Part shown: positions 1 to 10,328 of the stretch, piece by piece
Layout: each line of letters begins with the position of its first letter
How positions within the stretch are numbered: position 1 is the stretch's first letter
Origin: Synechocystis sp. PCC 6803 substr. PCC-P
GTDB lineage: Bacteria; Cyanobacteriota; Cyanobacteriia; Cyanobacteriales; Microcystaceae
Length of the DNA: 32,000 bases
Assembly (NCBI RefSeq): GCF_000284455.1
Contig: NC_017039.1
Span: forward strand, 3,360,001 to 3,392,000
Reading direction: 5' to 3'
Notes under the pieces: model-generated
Seen by the model: the letters and a program-made list of their open reading frames with translations, nothing else
Databases searched by the model: none
What the model was told of the DNA's origin: nothing
Translations under genes and position numbers: made by a program

Positions 1-993
1 ATTTCCACCGTCAGTCGTCTCTTAAAAACGGCGATCGCCAGTGGGGAATATGAAACCTTAGTGCAGGAAAAAAGGGGCAGTAAGGGAATTAAAAATGATG
101 CCCAGTTGACGTTGCCGTTGCCCAAGCCATCTAGGAAAAAGTTGGAAGTGGCAGAAACCAATCTCCCTGGGGATGCCGTGGCGGAGGTGGCCCCTGTTGC
201 TGGGCCGAATCATCAAGACAGAGAGACTAATGAAACTAATGCTAGTGGCCAGGGCAGAAGGGTGCGTTCCCGTCGTCGAGTCACCGCCAGCCCCGTTGCC
301 CCAGAGCCTGGGGAGTTTACCGATGCGGAAAAAACCATTGATCCGCCGGCGATCGCCATCCCCTCCCTAGCCCAGCCCGATCCAACAGGATTTGGTGATA
401 TCCCAACCACCATGTCAGTGGCAAAAACTGAAGTACCGCCCGATGCCCCCATGGGGCGACGCCCCCAGATTGTTTCAATTAAATCTTCCGCCCTAGATGA
501 AATTGTCAAGGACATAGACGAGGACTTGGGTTTACTGGATGGCGAAGATATCGATGACCTTGACGACGAAGACGATGATGATGAGTTTGAAGATGAATTA
601 GACGATTTCGACGAAGACCAAGGGGAAGAGGATTATATTCCCACCCCAGTGGCCACCAAACAAACCCTAGCAAACACCGCAGAGCTAGTTTCAATTTTGC
701 CCCTAATAGAAGCTTCTATGCCCAAAAACTGCTACCTAGTGGTGGACAGAAGGGGGGAATTGATTGTCCGTCCCCTGAAGGAATTTAGTCTTGATGGGGC
801 CTTACCCCCCGAAGAAGTCCAGGCAAAAACCCTACCTGTTTTTGATAACCATCGGGTGGCCCGGCGCTTTTCCCTCAAAACCCAAAAGGTAATTCGTCTG
901 CCCGACGCTAGCATTGTCCAAAAAACCGCCCAGGCACTCAAATCCAAGGGGATTACCAGGGTGTTCCTCGGCGGCCAGGTTTATTCCCTTTAA
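1..993 (+). CDS. Hypothetical protein, 5'-truncated by the window edge, with a low-complexity Asp/Glu-rich segment
   Basis: The frame is open from base 1 (ISTVSRLLKTAIASGEYETLVQEKRG...), upstream of the GTG at 61, and stops with TAA at 991-993. It contains the acidic tract EIVKDIDEDLGLLDGEDIDDLDDEDDDDEFEDELDDFDEDQGEED, followed by a conserved-looking C-terminal domain. Confidence 0.75.
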   Translation: MSTVSRLLKTAIASGEYETLVQEKRGSKGIKNDAQLTLPLPKPSRKKLEVAETNLPGDAVAEVAPVAGPNHQDRETNETNASGQGRRVRSRRRVTASPVAPEPGEFTDAEKTIDPPAIAIPSLAQPDPTGFGDIPTTMSVAKTEVPPDAPMGRRPQIVSIKSSALDEIVKDIDEDLGLLDGEDIDDLDDEDDDDEFEDELDDFDEDQGEEDYIPTPVATKQTLANTAELVSILPLIEASMPKNCYLVVDRRGELIVRPLKEFSLDGALPPEEVQAKTLPVFDNHRVARRFSLKTQKVIRLPDASIVQKTAQALKSKGITRVFLGGQVYSL

Positions 994-1092
994 CTAAGCC
1001 GTTGAAGTTAAAACTTTCGACCTACTGCTAACAGCGTTGACAGCTTGATTGCTACAGGCGTTTGGCCCAAAGGACTAGGCAACCCCCAAACA

Positions 1093-3624
1093 TCAGGAAA
1101 AATGTTGGTAGGACTCCTCCTGGGCGTCACTAATAAAATTCAAGACCTGGGCTTGGTAGTAACGTAATTTCTCATCTACCCAATGGCGGTCTTCACTGTT
1201 GGCATAGATGTGGACCAGGGGCTCCCCCGCATCGGGCAAAATCAATACCCAGTTGTCTCCATGGGGAAAAGTCATTTTAACCCCGTCTACCAGTTCAATA
1301 TGTTGATCCCGATGAATTTCCACCAAATGGCGCATCAGGGCCCCTTTAATTTTCCAAGAACAACGGACACTACAACTGTTATGGTAAACCGTCGGCAATT
1401 CTGAGCGAATTTCCCCCAGGGTGCGTTTTTGGACAGTCAGCATTTCCATTACTTTGGCAATGCAAAACATGGCATCAAAGCCTGGGTGGAGGCGAGGAAA
1501 AATAAAGCCAGTTTCTCCACTACCGCCCAAAACCACGTTATGGCTCGATTGGGCGGCGGCCATCAATGCAGTGGGGTTAGCCTTGGTTCTCAAAACTTTA
1601 CCCCCATGGCGACGGGCCAAATGCTCCACCGCACTGGAAGCCTGTACTGGCACCACAATGGTTCCCCTGGGAGAAGCAGTTAACACCATATGCACCATCA
1701 AAGCTGTTAGCAGTTCCCCCCGGATGGGTAGGCCCCCTTCGTCCACCAGGGTGAGTTGTTCGCCATTAGCGGAAACCTGCACCCCCAAATTGGCCTGTAG
1801 GGCCGATACCACTTGTCCCAATTGACTAAGTAAGACTTCTTTTTCTTCATTGGAAACGGCGGTTTGTCGTAGACTGGCATTGAGCACCACTGCGTCGCAG
1901 CCGAATTTGGTCAACAGTAGGGGCAGAATGGCCCCAGACACTCCATAGGCGTAGTCAATAACAATTTTGGCCCCATCGTTGTTGATGATGTCCATGTCTA
2001 GGAGTTTTTCAAAGGTGTGGCAATAGGTTTCCAACACCTGGGCCGGATAGGACATGTCGCCAATTTGGGGAATGCTTACCCGCCGTAAATCTTCCTTGAA
2101 ATAGGCTCCTTCAATTTTTTTTTCGGTTTTTTTGGAAATATTGATACCCTGGCTATCCAGAAATTCAATCAGTAGGTAATCTGGGCGATCGGGATGGATA
2201 CGCACATGGATGCCGCCGGCCACTTTTAACTTCGGAGTCATGGTGCGAGCAATGGGGATCGCTGTGGCTTCCAGGTTTTGAATATTTACCCCCACCGACA
2301 TCAGGCCAGCAATGAGGGAACGGGTGACCATGCGGGAGACATTGCGTTGATCGCGGGAAACGACAATTTCTGCTCCGGGCCTGAGGGAAGAACCGTAGGC
2401 AGCCCCCAATTTGACAGCAAACTCCGGCGTCATATCAATGTTGACAATGCCGGAAACACCTCTCTGTCCGAATAGGTTGCGGTGGCCGGTGCTGCCCCAA
2501 ATTAAATTAATGTTGAGAATGGCTCCCGGTTCCACCCGTTTACTGGGCCAAACTTTAACATTTGAGTTGATTTGGGCTTCTTCGCCAATGATGGATAGGG
2601 GACCAATGACTGCCCCTTCCAGGACCTGTACCCGTCTTTCTATGCGACAGCCCCGCCCCACTACACAGGCAGCTAGATAGGCTTCATCACCAATGAGTAC
2701 GCCATTCCAAACAATGGCTCGCTTTAATTCTGCTCCAGCGCCAATGGTGACGTTATCGCCAATGATGGTGCCCGCTTCCAATTTAGTTCCTGAACCGATG
2801 TTGCAGTTATCCCCGATCGCCAGAGGGGGAGTGAGAATAGCAGTGGGGTCAATGGTGGTGTTTTCCCCGATCCAAATGTCCGAGTGCCGGGGTAGGTTAC
2901 CCAATTCCAGCGTGACTTTTTTTTCTAGGGCATCGTATTGGGCTTCCCGATAGGCGTCCAAATTACCGACATCGCACCAGTAACCATCGGCGACAAAACC
3001 ATACATGGGTTCGTCATTTTCCAGCAGGAGGGGAAATAAATCCTTGGAAAAATCCATTTCTTCCTTGGGGGGCAGATAGGCCAAAACTTCCGGTTCGAGG
3101 ATATAGGTGCCCGTGTTGACGGTGTCGGAAAAAACTTCACTGGTGGAGGGCTTTTCTAAAAATCTTTGCACCCGTTGGTTTTCGTCGGTGATGACCACGC
3201 CAAATTCCAGGGGGTTGGGAACCTTGGTCAAAATCAGGGTCGCCTTGGCTTGTTTTTGTTTGTGGAAGGCGATCGCCTGGGTGAGATTAAAATCGGTGAT
3301 GCTATCCCCACTAATTACCAAAAAAGTATCATCCAATAACTCTTCAATGTTCTTTACACAACCCGCCGTACCGAGGGGATGCTCGTCCTCCACTGCATAG
3401 GTCATCTGAACACCAAATTCACTGCCATCAAGGAAATAGTCCCGCATGGCATCAGGGAGGTAGTGGAGGGTGGCCACCACCTCAGTAATGTTATGGCGAC
3501 GGAGCAAATGGATAATATGGGCGGCGATCGGTTGATTAACAATGGGCACCATGGGCTTGGGCAGATCGCAAGTCAGGGGTCTCAAACGGGTGCCTGCCCC
3601 CCCTGCCATCAACACAGCTCGCAT
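1093..3624 (-). CDS. Mannose-1-phosphate guanylyltransferase-like nucleotidyltransferase fused to a LbetaH repeat region and a phosphomannomutase-like domain
   Basis: N-terminal [33 protein letters not shown] is the nucleotidyltransferase signature. It is followed by hexapeptide-like repeats ([44 protein letters not shown]). The C-terminal part has the phosphohexomutase domain layout. Confidence 0.9.
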   Translation of the reverse strand: MRAVLMAGGAGTRLRPLTCDLPKPMVPIVNQPIAAHIIHLLRRHNITEVVATLHYLPDAMRDYFLDGSEFGVQMTYAVEDEHPLGTAGCVKNIEELLDDTFLVISGDSITDFNLTQAIAFHKQKQAKATLILTKVPNPLEFGVVITDENQRVQRFLEKPSTSEVFSDTVNTGTYILEPEVLAYLPPKEEMDFSKDLFPLLLENDEPMYGFVADGYWCDVGNLDAYREAQYDALEKKVTLELGNLPRHSDIWIGENTTIDPTAILTPPLAIGDNCNIGSGTKLEAGTIIGDNVTIGAGAELKRAIVWNGVLIGDEAYLAACVVGRGCRIERRVQVLEGAVIGPLSIIGEEAQINSNVKVWPSKRVEPGAILNINLIWGSTGHRNLFGQRGVSGIVNIDMTPEFAVKLGAAYGSSLRPGAEIVVSRDQRNVSRMVTRSLIAGLMSVGVNIQNLEATAIPIARTMTPKLKVAGGIHVRIHPDRPDYLLIEFLDSQGINISKKTEKKIEGAYFKEDLRRVSIPQIGDMSYPAQVLETYCHTFEKLLDMDIINNDGAKIVIDYAYGVSGAILPLLLTKFGCDAVVLNASLRQTAVSNEEKEVLLSQLGQVVSALQANLGVQVSANGEQLTLVDEGGLPIRGELLTALMVHMVLTASPRGTIVVPVQASSAVEHLARRHGGKVLRTKANPTALMAAAQSSHNVVLGGSGETGFIFPRLHPGFDAMFCIAKVMEMLTVQKRTLGEIRSELPTVYHNSCSVRCSWKIKGALMRHLVEIHRDQHIELVDGVKMTFPHGDNWVLILPDAGEPLVHIYANSEDRHWVDEKLRYYQAQVLNFISDAQEESYQHFS

Positions 3625-3770
3625 TCCTTTACCTCAGTGACGAATTTCTGTTCCCATCTTAAGGTAAACCATTGACTATGACTGGTGGGGGGACGATCTC
3701 CCTGTGGCCAAGGAATCCTCCGTTCCTCCCTATTTTGGGACCATCGATTTAAATAATTGACCCCAGTCTT

Positions 3771-4964
3771 TTACAGCGCTGGTACCTGGGCGGCGATCGC
3801 CTGGCCAATTTCTAAGGAAGCGGTGGCCGCTGGGGAAGGAGCATTGAGCACCTGGAGAGAATTAGGACCGGGGACAATCAGAAAATCCTCCACCAAAGCC
3901 CCATCATTTTTCAAAGCCTGGGCCCTCACCCCCGCTGGATTGGGAAGAATATCGTCCGCTGTCACTTCCGGAATTAATTCCTGTAAACTCCGCACAAAGG
4001 CCGCCTTACTAAAGGAGCGAATAACTTCCTGTAAGCCTTCTTGCCAATGTTTACCCACCAACTTCCAAAAGCCAGCATAGGCCATCACTTCGGTAAAATC
4101 TCCCCAATCAAAATCCGTTTTGCGATAACCTTCCCGTTTCAAACTCAGCACCGCATTGGGGCCAGCGTGGATACTGCCATCAATCATGCGGGTGAAATGC
4201 ACCCCTAAAAAGGGAAAAGCCGGATTAGGTACCGGGTAAATTAAACCTTTGACTAAATATCTTTTCTCTGGCTTCAACTCATAATATTCTCCCCGAAAAG
4301 GCACAATTTTAGCATCGGGGTTAATGCCCGCCATTTTGGCCAGGCGATCGCTCTGGAGACCACCACAATTGATCAGAAAACGACTAAAAAAATTCCCCTG
4401 GTTAGTGATCAAACTATGTCCGTTAGCCTGGGTAACAATGCCATTGACTCGATGGTTAAACTTAATTTCCCCTCCCTGGACCTGAATTAGTTCCGCATAT
4501 TTTTGACAAACCAGTTTGTAATTAACAATGCCAGAGGTGAATACATGAATTCCTCCCAAACATTGCACATGGGGTTCGTATTCCTTAACTTGTTCTGCAC
4601 TAAGTTTTTTAACTTTTAAGCCATTGGCTTGACCCCGGTTAAATAAATTTTCTAATAACGGTAATTCCTCAGGTTTAGTAGCTACAATGACTTTGCCACA
4701 AACCTCGTAGGGTAAGGCGTGCTCTTGGCAAAATTCCACCATGCTCTGGTTACCAGCTTTAGTGAACTGGGCCTTAAAGCTGCCAGGTTTGTAGTAAATA
4801 CCAGAGTGAATGACACCGCTATTGTGCCCCGTTTGATGGTGGGCTGGGTCCGCTTCTTTTTCTAAAATCAACAATTTGTATTGGGGAAAGCGGCGACCAA
4901 TAAATAACCCCGTGGCCAAACCGACAATGCCACCGCCGATAATTGTGATGTCATAGGAAGCCAT
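3771..4964 (-). CDS. lhgO: FAD-dependent L-2-hydroxyglutarate oxidase-like oxidoreductase
   Basis: N-terminal dinucleotide-binding motif ITIIGGGIVGLATGLFIGRRFP, then QTGHNSGVIHSGIYYKPGS, typical of LhgO/DAO-family proteins; 397 aa. Confidence 0.85.
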   Translation of the reverse strand: MASYDITIIGGGIVGLATGLFIGRRFPQYKLLILEKEADPAHHQTGHNSGVIHSGIYYKPGSFKAQFTKAGNQSMVEFCQEHALPYEVCGKVIVATKPEELPLLENLFNRGQANGLKVKKLSAEQVKEYEPHVQCLGGIHVFTSGIVNYKLVCQKYAELIQVQGGEIKFNHRVNGIVTQANGHSLITNQGNFFSRFLINCGGLQSDRLAKMAGINPDAKIVPFRGEYYELKPEKRYLVKGLIYPVPNPAFPFLGVHFTRMIDGSIHAGPNAVLSLKREGYRKTDFDWGDFTEVMAYAGFWKLVGKHWQEGLQEVIRSFSKAAFVRSLQELIPEVTADDILPNPAGVRAQALKNDGALVEDFLIVPGPNSLQVLNAPSPAATASLEIGQAIAAQVPAL

Positions 4965-5118
4965 TTTTGCCCCACTCCTTGGAAAAATTACCAGCTAATT
5001 ATCGTAGCTGTACAATGCCGCCCTGTGGGAGATGATCACAAATTCCCGCCGTTGGCCGCAAATCCTCTGGACGAAATTTTTCCTTTAACCACAAAGGGAT
5101 TTTCGGGGAACAAGTTTA

Positions 5119-5192
5119 TGGACGTAACTGGATTCGAACCAGTGACCCCATCGATGTCAACGATGTACTCTAACCAACTGAGCTATACGTCC
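5119..5192 (-). tRNA. trnV-GAC: tRNA-Val (anticodon GAC)
   Basis: The reverse complement folds by eye: acceptor GGACGTA/TACGTCC, D arm GCTC..GAGT, anticodon arm CATCG-TTGACAT-CGATG (anticodon GAC), T arm ACTGG-TTCGAAT-CCAGT, discriminator A; 74 nt. Confidence 0.95.
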
Positions 5193-5243
5193 TAGCAATT
5201 TAGTAATATAGCATGGCTCCATTTAAATTAACAATTGCTCCCC

Positions 5244-6116
5244 ATGCCTTCCATCACCGGTAAAACTAAGCTCCTTGGTGTGATCGGTTATCCTGTTGGT
5301 CATTCCTTATCCCCTGTGATGCATAATGCGGCGCTCCAGGCCATGGCCAGTGATTATGCATATGTTGCCTTTCCCATTGCTCCAGAGGATTTAACCATCG
5401 CCATAGCAGGGTTAGGAGCCAGTGGAGTCCAGGGATTAAGCGTGACCATTCCCCATAAGCAAGTGGTGATGCCATTGTTGACCCAGATAACCGAAACCGC
5501 TCGGCAAGTGGGGGCCGTGAATACTCTCTGGCGGGATGGCCATGGCTGGCAGGGAACCAATACGGATGTTGAGGGTTTTTTGGCTCCCTTGTTGGAGTTA
5601 AAGCAAGATTGGTCAGGGAGGACGGCGGTGATTCTCGGCTATGGTGGAGCCGCGCGGGCCGTGGTGGTGGGTTTAACCCAATTGGGTTGTCCAGAAATTA
5701 TTGTGGTGGGTCGCAGTCAAGAAAAATTAGCTCAGTTCGCCAACAGTTGGACGGACCCCAAAATTAAGCAAGCTCTGCAAGTTCTACCCTGGGAAGCTCT
5801 ATCTACCGTGATCCCCAAAGCAAGTTTATTGATTAACAGCACCCCCGTGGGCATGGCTCCCCACCCTAAGCAATCCCCCCTGGATCAATCCCTTGTGGAA
5901 AAACTACCGCCAACGGCGATCGCCTATGATTTGATTTATACTCCCCGCCCCACCAGGTTTTTACAACATGCTCAGGAGCGGGGTCTAGTGACCATTGATG
6001 GAGCAGAAATGCTAGTGCAACAGGGAGCCGCCGCCTTGAAAATTTGGCTACAACAGGAAGTGCCGGTGGACGTTATGCGCCAAGCCCTACTCCATCACTT
6101 AGAAAAATCTGCCTGA
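5244..6116 (+). CDS. aroE: Shikimate dehydrogenase
   Basis: LLGVIGYPVGHSLSPVMHNAALQAM, VNTLWR, TNTDVEGF and AVILGYGGAARAVV are AroE signatures. ATG at 5244 is preferred over the upstream TTG at 5235. Confidence 0.95.
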   Translation: MPSITGKTKLLGVIGYPVGHSLSPVMHNAALQAMASDYAYVAFPIAPEDLTIAIAGLGASGVQGLSVTIPHKQVVMPLLTQITETARQVGAVNTLWRDGHGWQGTNTDVEGFLAPLLELKQDWSGRTAVILGYGGAARAVVVGLTQLGCPEIIVVGRSQEKLAQFANSWTDPKIKQALQVLPWEALSTVIPKASLLINSTPVGMAPHPKQSPLDQSLVEKLPPTAIAYDLIYTPRPTRFLQHAQERGLVTIDGAEMLVQQGAAALKIWLQQEVPVDVMRQALLHHLEKSA

Positions 6117-6242
6117 TGACCCATTGGTAAGGGTTTTGGATAATTCTGCCCACCAAGGAAAACCGGAGAAATGTTCCTTGGGGTTGCGGGAAAACATTAT
6201 ATTGAGAATGTTTAAACTTGCCCCTGCCGAAACAAAGCCGTC

Positions 6243-7448
6243 ATGATTCACCATCCCCCCGCTGGGGCTAGGGATTTATTGCCCCTGGAAGTCGCCCAGA
6301 AAGCTCGCATTAATGACCAATTGCAACAAACCTTTCATCGTTGGGGCTATCAGCGCATTGTTACCTCCACCCTGGAATGGCTGGATACCCTAGTGGCCGG
6401 TGGGGCAATTTCGGCTAATAACGTGATTCAACTCCAAGACAGTGGCGAGGGACGGTTGGGGTTACGGCCAGAATTAACCGCATCCATTGCCCGGGCAGTC
6501 GTGACCCGCATGACTGACAATCAGCCCCAAAGATTGTGTTACCGGGCCAACGTCTTTCGTAATCCTCCGGAGGGCTACCACGGTAAGCAAATGGAGTTTT
6601 TCCAAGCGGGCATAGAATTGCTCTTTGCTGGGGGCGTCCGGGCCGATGCAGAAATTCTCCTACTGTTGACGGATTGCCTGACCCAATTGGGTTTAAGCGA
6701 TTGGCAATTGATTTTGGGTGATGCCGGTCTGACCAGAAGCCTATTGGCCAAATTACCCCCCACTCTCCAAGCCACTGTGCGGGATTGCATCACCCGTTTG
6801 GACTATGTAGAACTTTCCCAACTCCCCTATCCTGACAATGAAGCTAAAAATCTTGCTTTGCAACTGTTTGACCTGCGGGGCACAGTGGAGGAAGTTTTGG
6901 CCAGACTGGGCAAGTTAGATTTACAGGGGGAATGTCTGGGTCTGGTCGATCGCCTGCAGGCGTTGTTGTGCCTAGTGGCGGCCAGTGGAGATGGGCCCGC
7001 TAATCTGGTATTGGACTTGAGTTGGCTCCAGCCGTTTGATTACTACACTGGCATGGTTTTCCAAGCGGTGAGTCGCCAGGCCGATAACTGTTATGTGTTG
7101 GGCCAGGGGGGGCGTTATGACCAACTGCTCAGCCAATATCATCCCCAACAGCAGTCTTTTCCTGGTACGGGATTTTCTTTGAACATTGAGGAGCTACACC
7201 AATGTTTGCTTGAATTGGGGACTTTACCCACCAGTACCGCCCCCATCGATTATCTAGTTTGTCCAGTGGATGACACCGCCGAAGGAGCAACCTTTCGCCA
7301 TGCCCAACAGTTGCGCCGCCAGCATCCCGATCGCCGGGTAGAATTGGACCTAGGGGGGCGATCGCCGGAGGAGTTAAATACCTATGCCCAAGCCATGGCT
7401 GTGGGACAAATTGTCTGGGTTGGGGCCGATGGCCCGGTTGATCTGTAA
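6243..7448 (+). CDS. hisZ: ATP phosphoribosyltransferase regulatory subunit (HisRS-like)
   Basis: HisRS-like catalytic-core paralogue: PPAGARDLLPLEVAQKARI, LRPELTASIARAVVTR, FYQ/FFQAGIELL and YYTGMVFQ. It lacks the C-terminal anticodon-binding domain of a full HisRS. Confidence 0.88.
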   Translation: MIHHPPAGARDLLPLEVAQKARINDQLQQTFHRWGYQRIVTSTLEWLDTLVAGGAISANNVIQLQDSGEGRLGLRPELTASIARAVVTRMTDNQPQRLCYRANVFRNPPEGYHGKQMEFFQAGIELLFAGGVRADAEILLLLTDCLTQLGLSDWQLILGDAGLTRSLLAKLPPTLQATVRDCITRLDYVELSQLPYPDNEAKNLALQLFDLRGTVEEVLARLGKLDLQGECLGLVDRLQALLCLVAASGDGPANLVLDLSWLQPFDYYTGMVFQAVSRQADNCYVLGQGGRYDQLLSQYHPQQQSFPGTGFSLNIEELHQCLLELGTLPTSTAPIDYLVCPVDDTAEGATFRHAQQLRRQHPDRRVELDLGGRSPEELNTYAQAMAVGQIVWVGADGPVDL

Positions 7449-7525
7449 TGCTGAAGGGAAAGGACAAAGACAACCCCGTTGCAGTTCCCAGGTAAAATTT
7501 CCAGTTCCAATTTCCAGGTGATGTC

Positions 7526-7855
7526 ATGGCTAATTTGTTCAACTGGCTTCCCCTCCTCAGTGGCCGCCAAGCGGATGGGATCAAAGCCAAAGTGGAAATA
7601 TATACTTGGCAAACTTGCCCTTTTTGCATCCGGGCGAAACTTTTACTGTGGTGGAAGGGAGTTAAGTTTATCGAGTACAAAATTGACGGCGATGACCAAG
7701 CCAGACAGGCCATGGCGGCAAGGGCAGAAGGAAGACGCACTGTGCCCCAAATTTTTGTCAATGACCAGGGCATTGGTGGCTGTGACCAACTGTATGGCCT
7801 GGACAGCCGCGGCCAGTTAGACCCCCTGTTGGCCACTCCTCCTAACCCAGCCTAG
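7526..7855 (+). CDS. grxC: Glutaredoxin (GrxC type, CPFC active site)
   Basis: VEIYTWQTCPFCIRAKLLL, TVPQIFVND and IGGCDQLYGLDSRGQL; starts upstream of the core with about 20 extra residues. Confidence 0.9.
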   Translation: MANLFNWLPLLSGRQADGIKAKVEIYTWQTCPFCIRAKLLLWWKGVKFIEYKIDGDDQARQAMAARAEGRRTVPQIFVNDQGIGGCDQLYGLDSRGQLDPLLATPPNPA

Positions 7856-7885
7856 GTATTATTTGTCCCTGTCCTGTTTTCCCCT

Positions 7886-8773
7886 GTGCCCGTGAATTCC
7901 CCAGCCCCCTGGCAAACCATTGCCCAACAAATCAGTCAGACCACTGGTCAACCCTTCCGTATTCAGGAACGGCGATCGGTGAGTGGTGGTTGTATTAATC
8001 AGGGCTATTGCCTGGTGGATGGGGAGCAAAAATATTTTGTCAAACTTAATCAAGCCCAGCAGTGGCAGATGTTTCAAGCGGAAGCCCTCGGGTTAGAAGC
8101 CATGGCGGCCACCCAAACCATTCGGGTTCCCCGTCCCATTTGCCACGGCAGTTCCGCTGGCCATAGTTATCTGGTGTTGGAATGGCTCGAGTTTGGCCGG
8201 GGTAACCATGACAGTTGGTACCGCATGGGACAAAATTTGGCGGCATTGCATCAAGCCGGGGGCAGTGCCCAATTTGGTTGGCAGACTGATAACACCATTG
8301 GAGCCACTCCCCAGCCCAATCCCTGGACCGATAGTTGGGCCGACTTTTTTGCGGAGCATCGCCTTGGCTATCAACTGGCCCTTGCTCGACGACGGGCAGG
8401 GAACTTTCCCGATCCCGCCGTAGTAGTTCCCAAAGTGAAGCAGCTGTTAGGCGATCGCCAACCGACACCAGCTTTAGTCCATGGGGATCTGTGGTCTGGC
8501 AATGGCGCAATTTTAACCACAGGGGAACCAGTCATCCTCGACCCGGCCACCTACTACGGCGATGGGGAAGTGGATCTGGCTATGACGGAATTATTTGGGG
8601 GATTTCCGGCGGCTTTTTACCAGGGTTACCATAGCATCAGTCCCGCGGAACCTGGTTATCAACAACGGAAAATTCTCTACAATCTGTACCACATTCTCAA
8701 CCACTTCAATTTGTTTGGGGGTGGTTATCAACAGCAAGCCCAGCAAATGCTTAAACAATGCTTAAGGATTTAA
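7886..8773 (+). CDS. Fructosamine/ketosamine-3-kinase family protein
   Basis: VSGGCINQGYCLVDGEQKYFVKLNQ, LVHGDLWSGNG and VILDPATYYGDGEVDLAMTELFGGFP are aminoglycoside phosphotransferase-like / fructosamine kinase motifs. Confidence 0.92.
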   Translation: MPVNSPAPWQTIAQQISQTTGQPFRIQERRSVSGGCINQGYCLVDGEQKYFVKLNQAQQWQMFQAEALGLEAMAATQTIRVPRPICHGSSAGHSYLVLEWLEFGRGNHDSWYRMGQNLAALHQAGGSAQFGWQTDNTIGATPQPNPWTDSWADFFAEHRLGYQLALARRRAGNFPDPAVVVPKVKQLLGDRQPTPALVHGDLWSGNGAILTTGEPVILDPATYYGDGEVDLAMTELFGGFPAAFYQGYHSISPAEPGYQQRKILYNLYHILNHFNLFGGGYQQQAQQMLKQCLRI

Positions 8774-9073
8774 TTGAAGAATTGTTGACTTTTTCTACAT
8801 GTTATTGTTCGGATTTTAGATTAATCCTATAATTAGCGTGGGTTCCTATGCCATATCTTCCCGTTGCTGGTAATTCCAACGCAAGCTAGTTGCCCAGCCA
8901 GAGCAGGGGAGAGGATGATGCCCAAACCTAAACAAAGCTTATTTTCATTAGCATTGCCTAGGGCATCGGTTGGCAGAAAGTTTTTATTTTTTCCAATTTT
9001 CTCCATGTATTTGCTGATGTAGGCAGAGTCCAACCATCGGTAAAGTTGATTAGAGTCGCCCAAACCTAAAACC

Positions 9074-9850
9074 ATGACCAATGCCACCAGCGAAAGCCTC
9101 AAACTTGAGACTCTGAGACTGTTCAAAATCTACGCAGAGTCCCACGATATTGGCGTGCGTAATCGGATTATGGAAGTCAATCTGGGTCTGGTGAGAAAGG
9201 AAGCGCACCATTGGACGGCCCAGTGCAATGAAAGTTTTGAGGATTTGTCCCAGGTGGGGTGTTTGGGTCTGATCCGAGCCATTGAACGGTTTGATGTGAG
9301 TAAGGGCAATGCCTTTAGCTCCTTTGCCATTCCCTATGTGCGGGGAGAAATCCAGCATTTTCTGCGGGATAAAAGTAACTGTGTTCGTATTCCCCGGCGT
9401 TGGTTAGATTTGGGTCGTCAGGCGATCGCCGTCCAGCAGGAATTTCGCCTCAAATATGACCGGGCGGCCACGGACGAGGAAATTGCACAAATTTTAGCAG
9501 TGCCCCTGGCGGACTGGCAGGAAACCAAACTGGCGCTGCAGAATCGTGAACTGGTGAGTTTGGACACCAAGGTAAATGGCGACGATGAAGGACAAGTTAA
9601 TCTGGGGGATTGTTTAGCCCACCACGAATTCCGTAGTTTTCAACTCAGCCAGGAAGATCAAATCCGTCTGCAACAGGCCTTAGCCGGTTTGGAAGAACGT
9701 ACCCGCCGCATTGTGGAATTTGTTTTTCTCCACGACTTTACCCACAAGGAAGCCGCCGAAATGATGGGGGTTAGTGTGATTACCGTTTCCCGTCGCATTA
9801 AACAGGGCATTGGGGCTCTGAAAAAAGCCTTAAATACGGAAATTTTTTAA
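9074..9850 (+). CDS. sigF: RNA polymerase sigma factor, SigF-like group 3
   Basis: Sigma-70 region 2 (DLSQVGCLGLIRAIERFDVSKGNAFSSFAIPYVRGEIQHFLRD) and region 4 (VVFLHDFTHKEAAEMMGVSVITVSRRIKQGI-like); 258 aa. Confidence 0.93.
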   Translation: MTNATSESLKLETLRLFKIYAESHDIGVRNRIMEVNLGLVRKEAHHWTAQCNESFEDLSQVGCLGLIRAIERFDVSKGNAFSSFAIPYVRGEIQHFLRDKSNCVRIPRRWLDLGRQAIAVQQEFRLKYDRAATDEEIAQILAVPLADWQETKLALQNRELVSLDTKVNGDDEGQVNLGDCLAHHEFRSFQLSQEDQIRLQQALAGLEERTRRIVEFVFLHDFTHKEAAEMMGVSVITVSRRIKQGIGALKKALNTEIF

Positions 9851-9978
9851 CTGTTTAGAGTCTATCTCCAGTAGTAAGTAGCAAAAATTCAGCCAAGGTC
9901 GGCGATCGCCCTGGTAGTATGGCAAATGGAGCTTTATGTCTAACTTTTCCATTTTGTTTTGAGCCATTGTGTTAACCT

Positions 9979-10320
9979 ATGCTGCAATTGACCCCCAGTG
10001 CCGCCCAGGAAATTAAACGATTGCAACACAGTCGCCAACTAACCCGCCACCATTTTCGTTTGGCGGTCAGGCCCGGAGGGTGCGCCGGTTGGTTATACCA
10101 TTTGGATTTTGTGCCGGAAATTACCGCTGACGATTTGGAGTATGAAAGTGGCGGTGTGACGGTGCTGGTGGATAGCCAGAGTGCAGGTTACCTCCACAAT
10201 CTCAAATTAGACTATGCCGAGGATTTAATGGGGGGAGGATTTCGTTTCACCAATCCCAATGCTGCCCAGGTGTGTAGTTGCAGCTTGTCCTTTGCTCCTA
10301 ATTTAGAAAAGAATTTGTAG
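9979..10320 (+). CDS. HesB/IscA/SufA-family iron-sulfur carrier-like protein
   Basis: LTPSAAQEIKRL, VRPGGCAGWLYHL, and a C-terminal CSCSLSF in the position of the canonical CGCGxSF. Confidence 0.8.
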   Translation: MLQLTPSAAQEIKRLQHSRQLTRHHFRLAVRPGGCAGWLYHLDFVPEITADDLEYESGGVTVLVDSQSAGYLHNLKLDYAEDLMGGGFRFTNPNAAQVCSCSLSFAPNLEKNL

Positions 10321-10328
10321 GCGGACAA

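Noticed and set aside
7129-7836. 235-aa minus-strand ORF
   Set aside because: It overlaps antisense to well-supported hisZ and grxC coding sequence and its translation has low-complexity W/P/S-rich shadow-ORF composition.
8833-9126. 97-aa minus-strand ORF (MVLGLGDSNQLYRWLDSAYISKYMEKIGKNKN...) upstream of sigF
   Set aside because: It looks partly protein-like, but it overlaps the start of sigF on the opposite strand and has no recognisable domain. I cannot support it without homologues.
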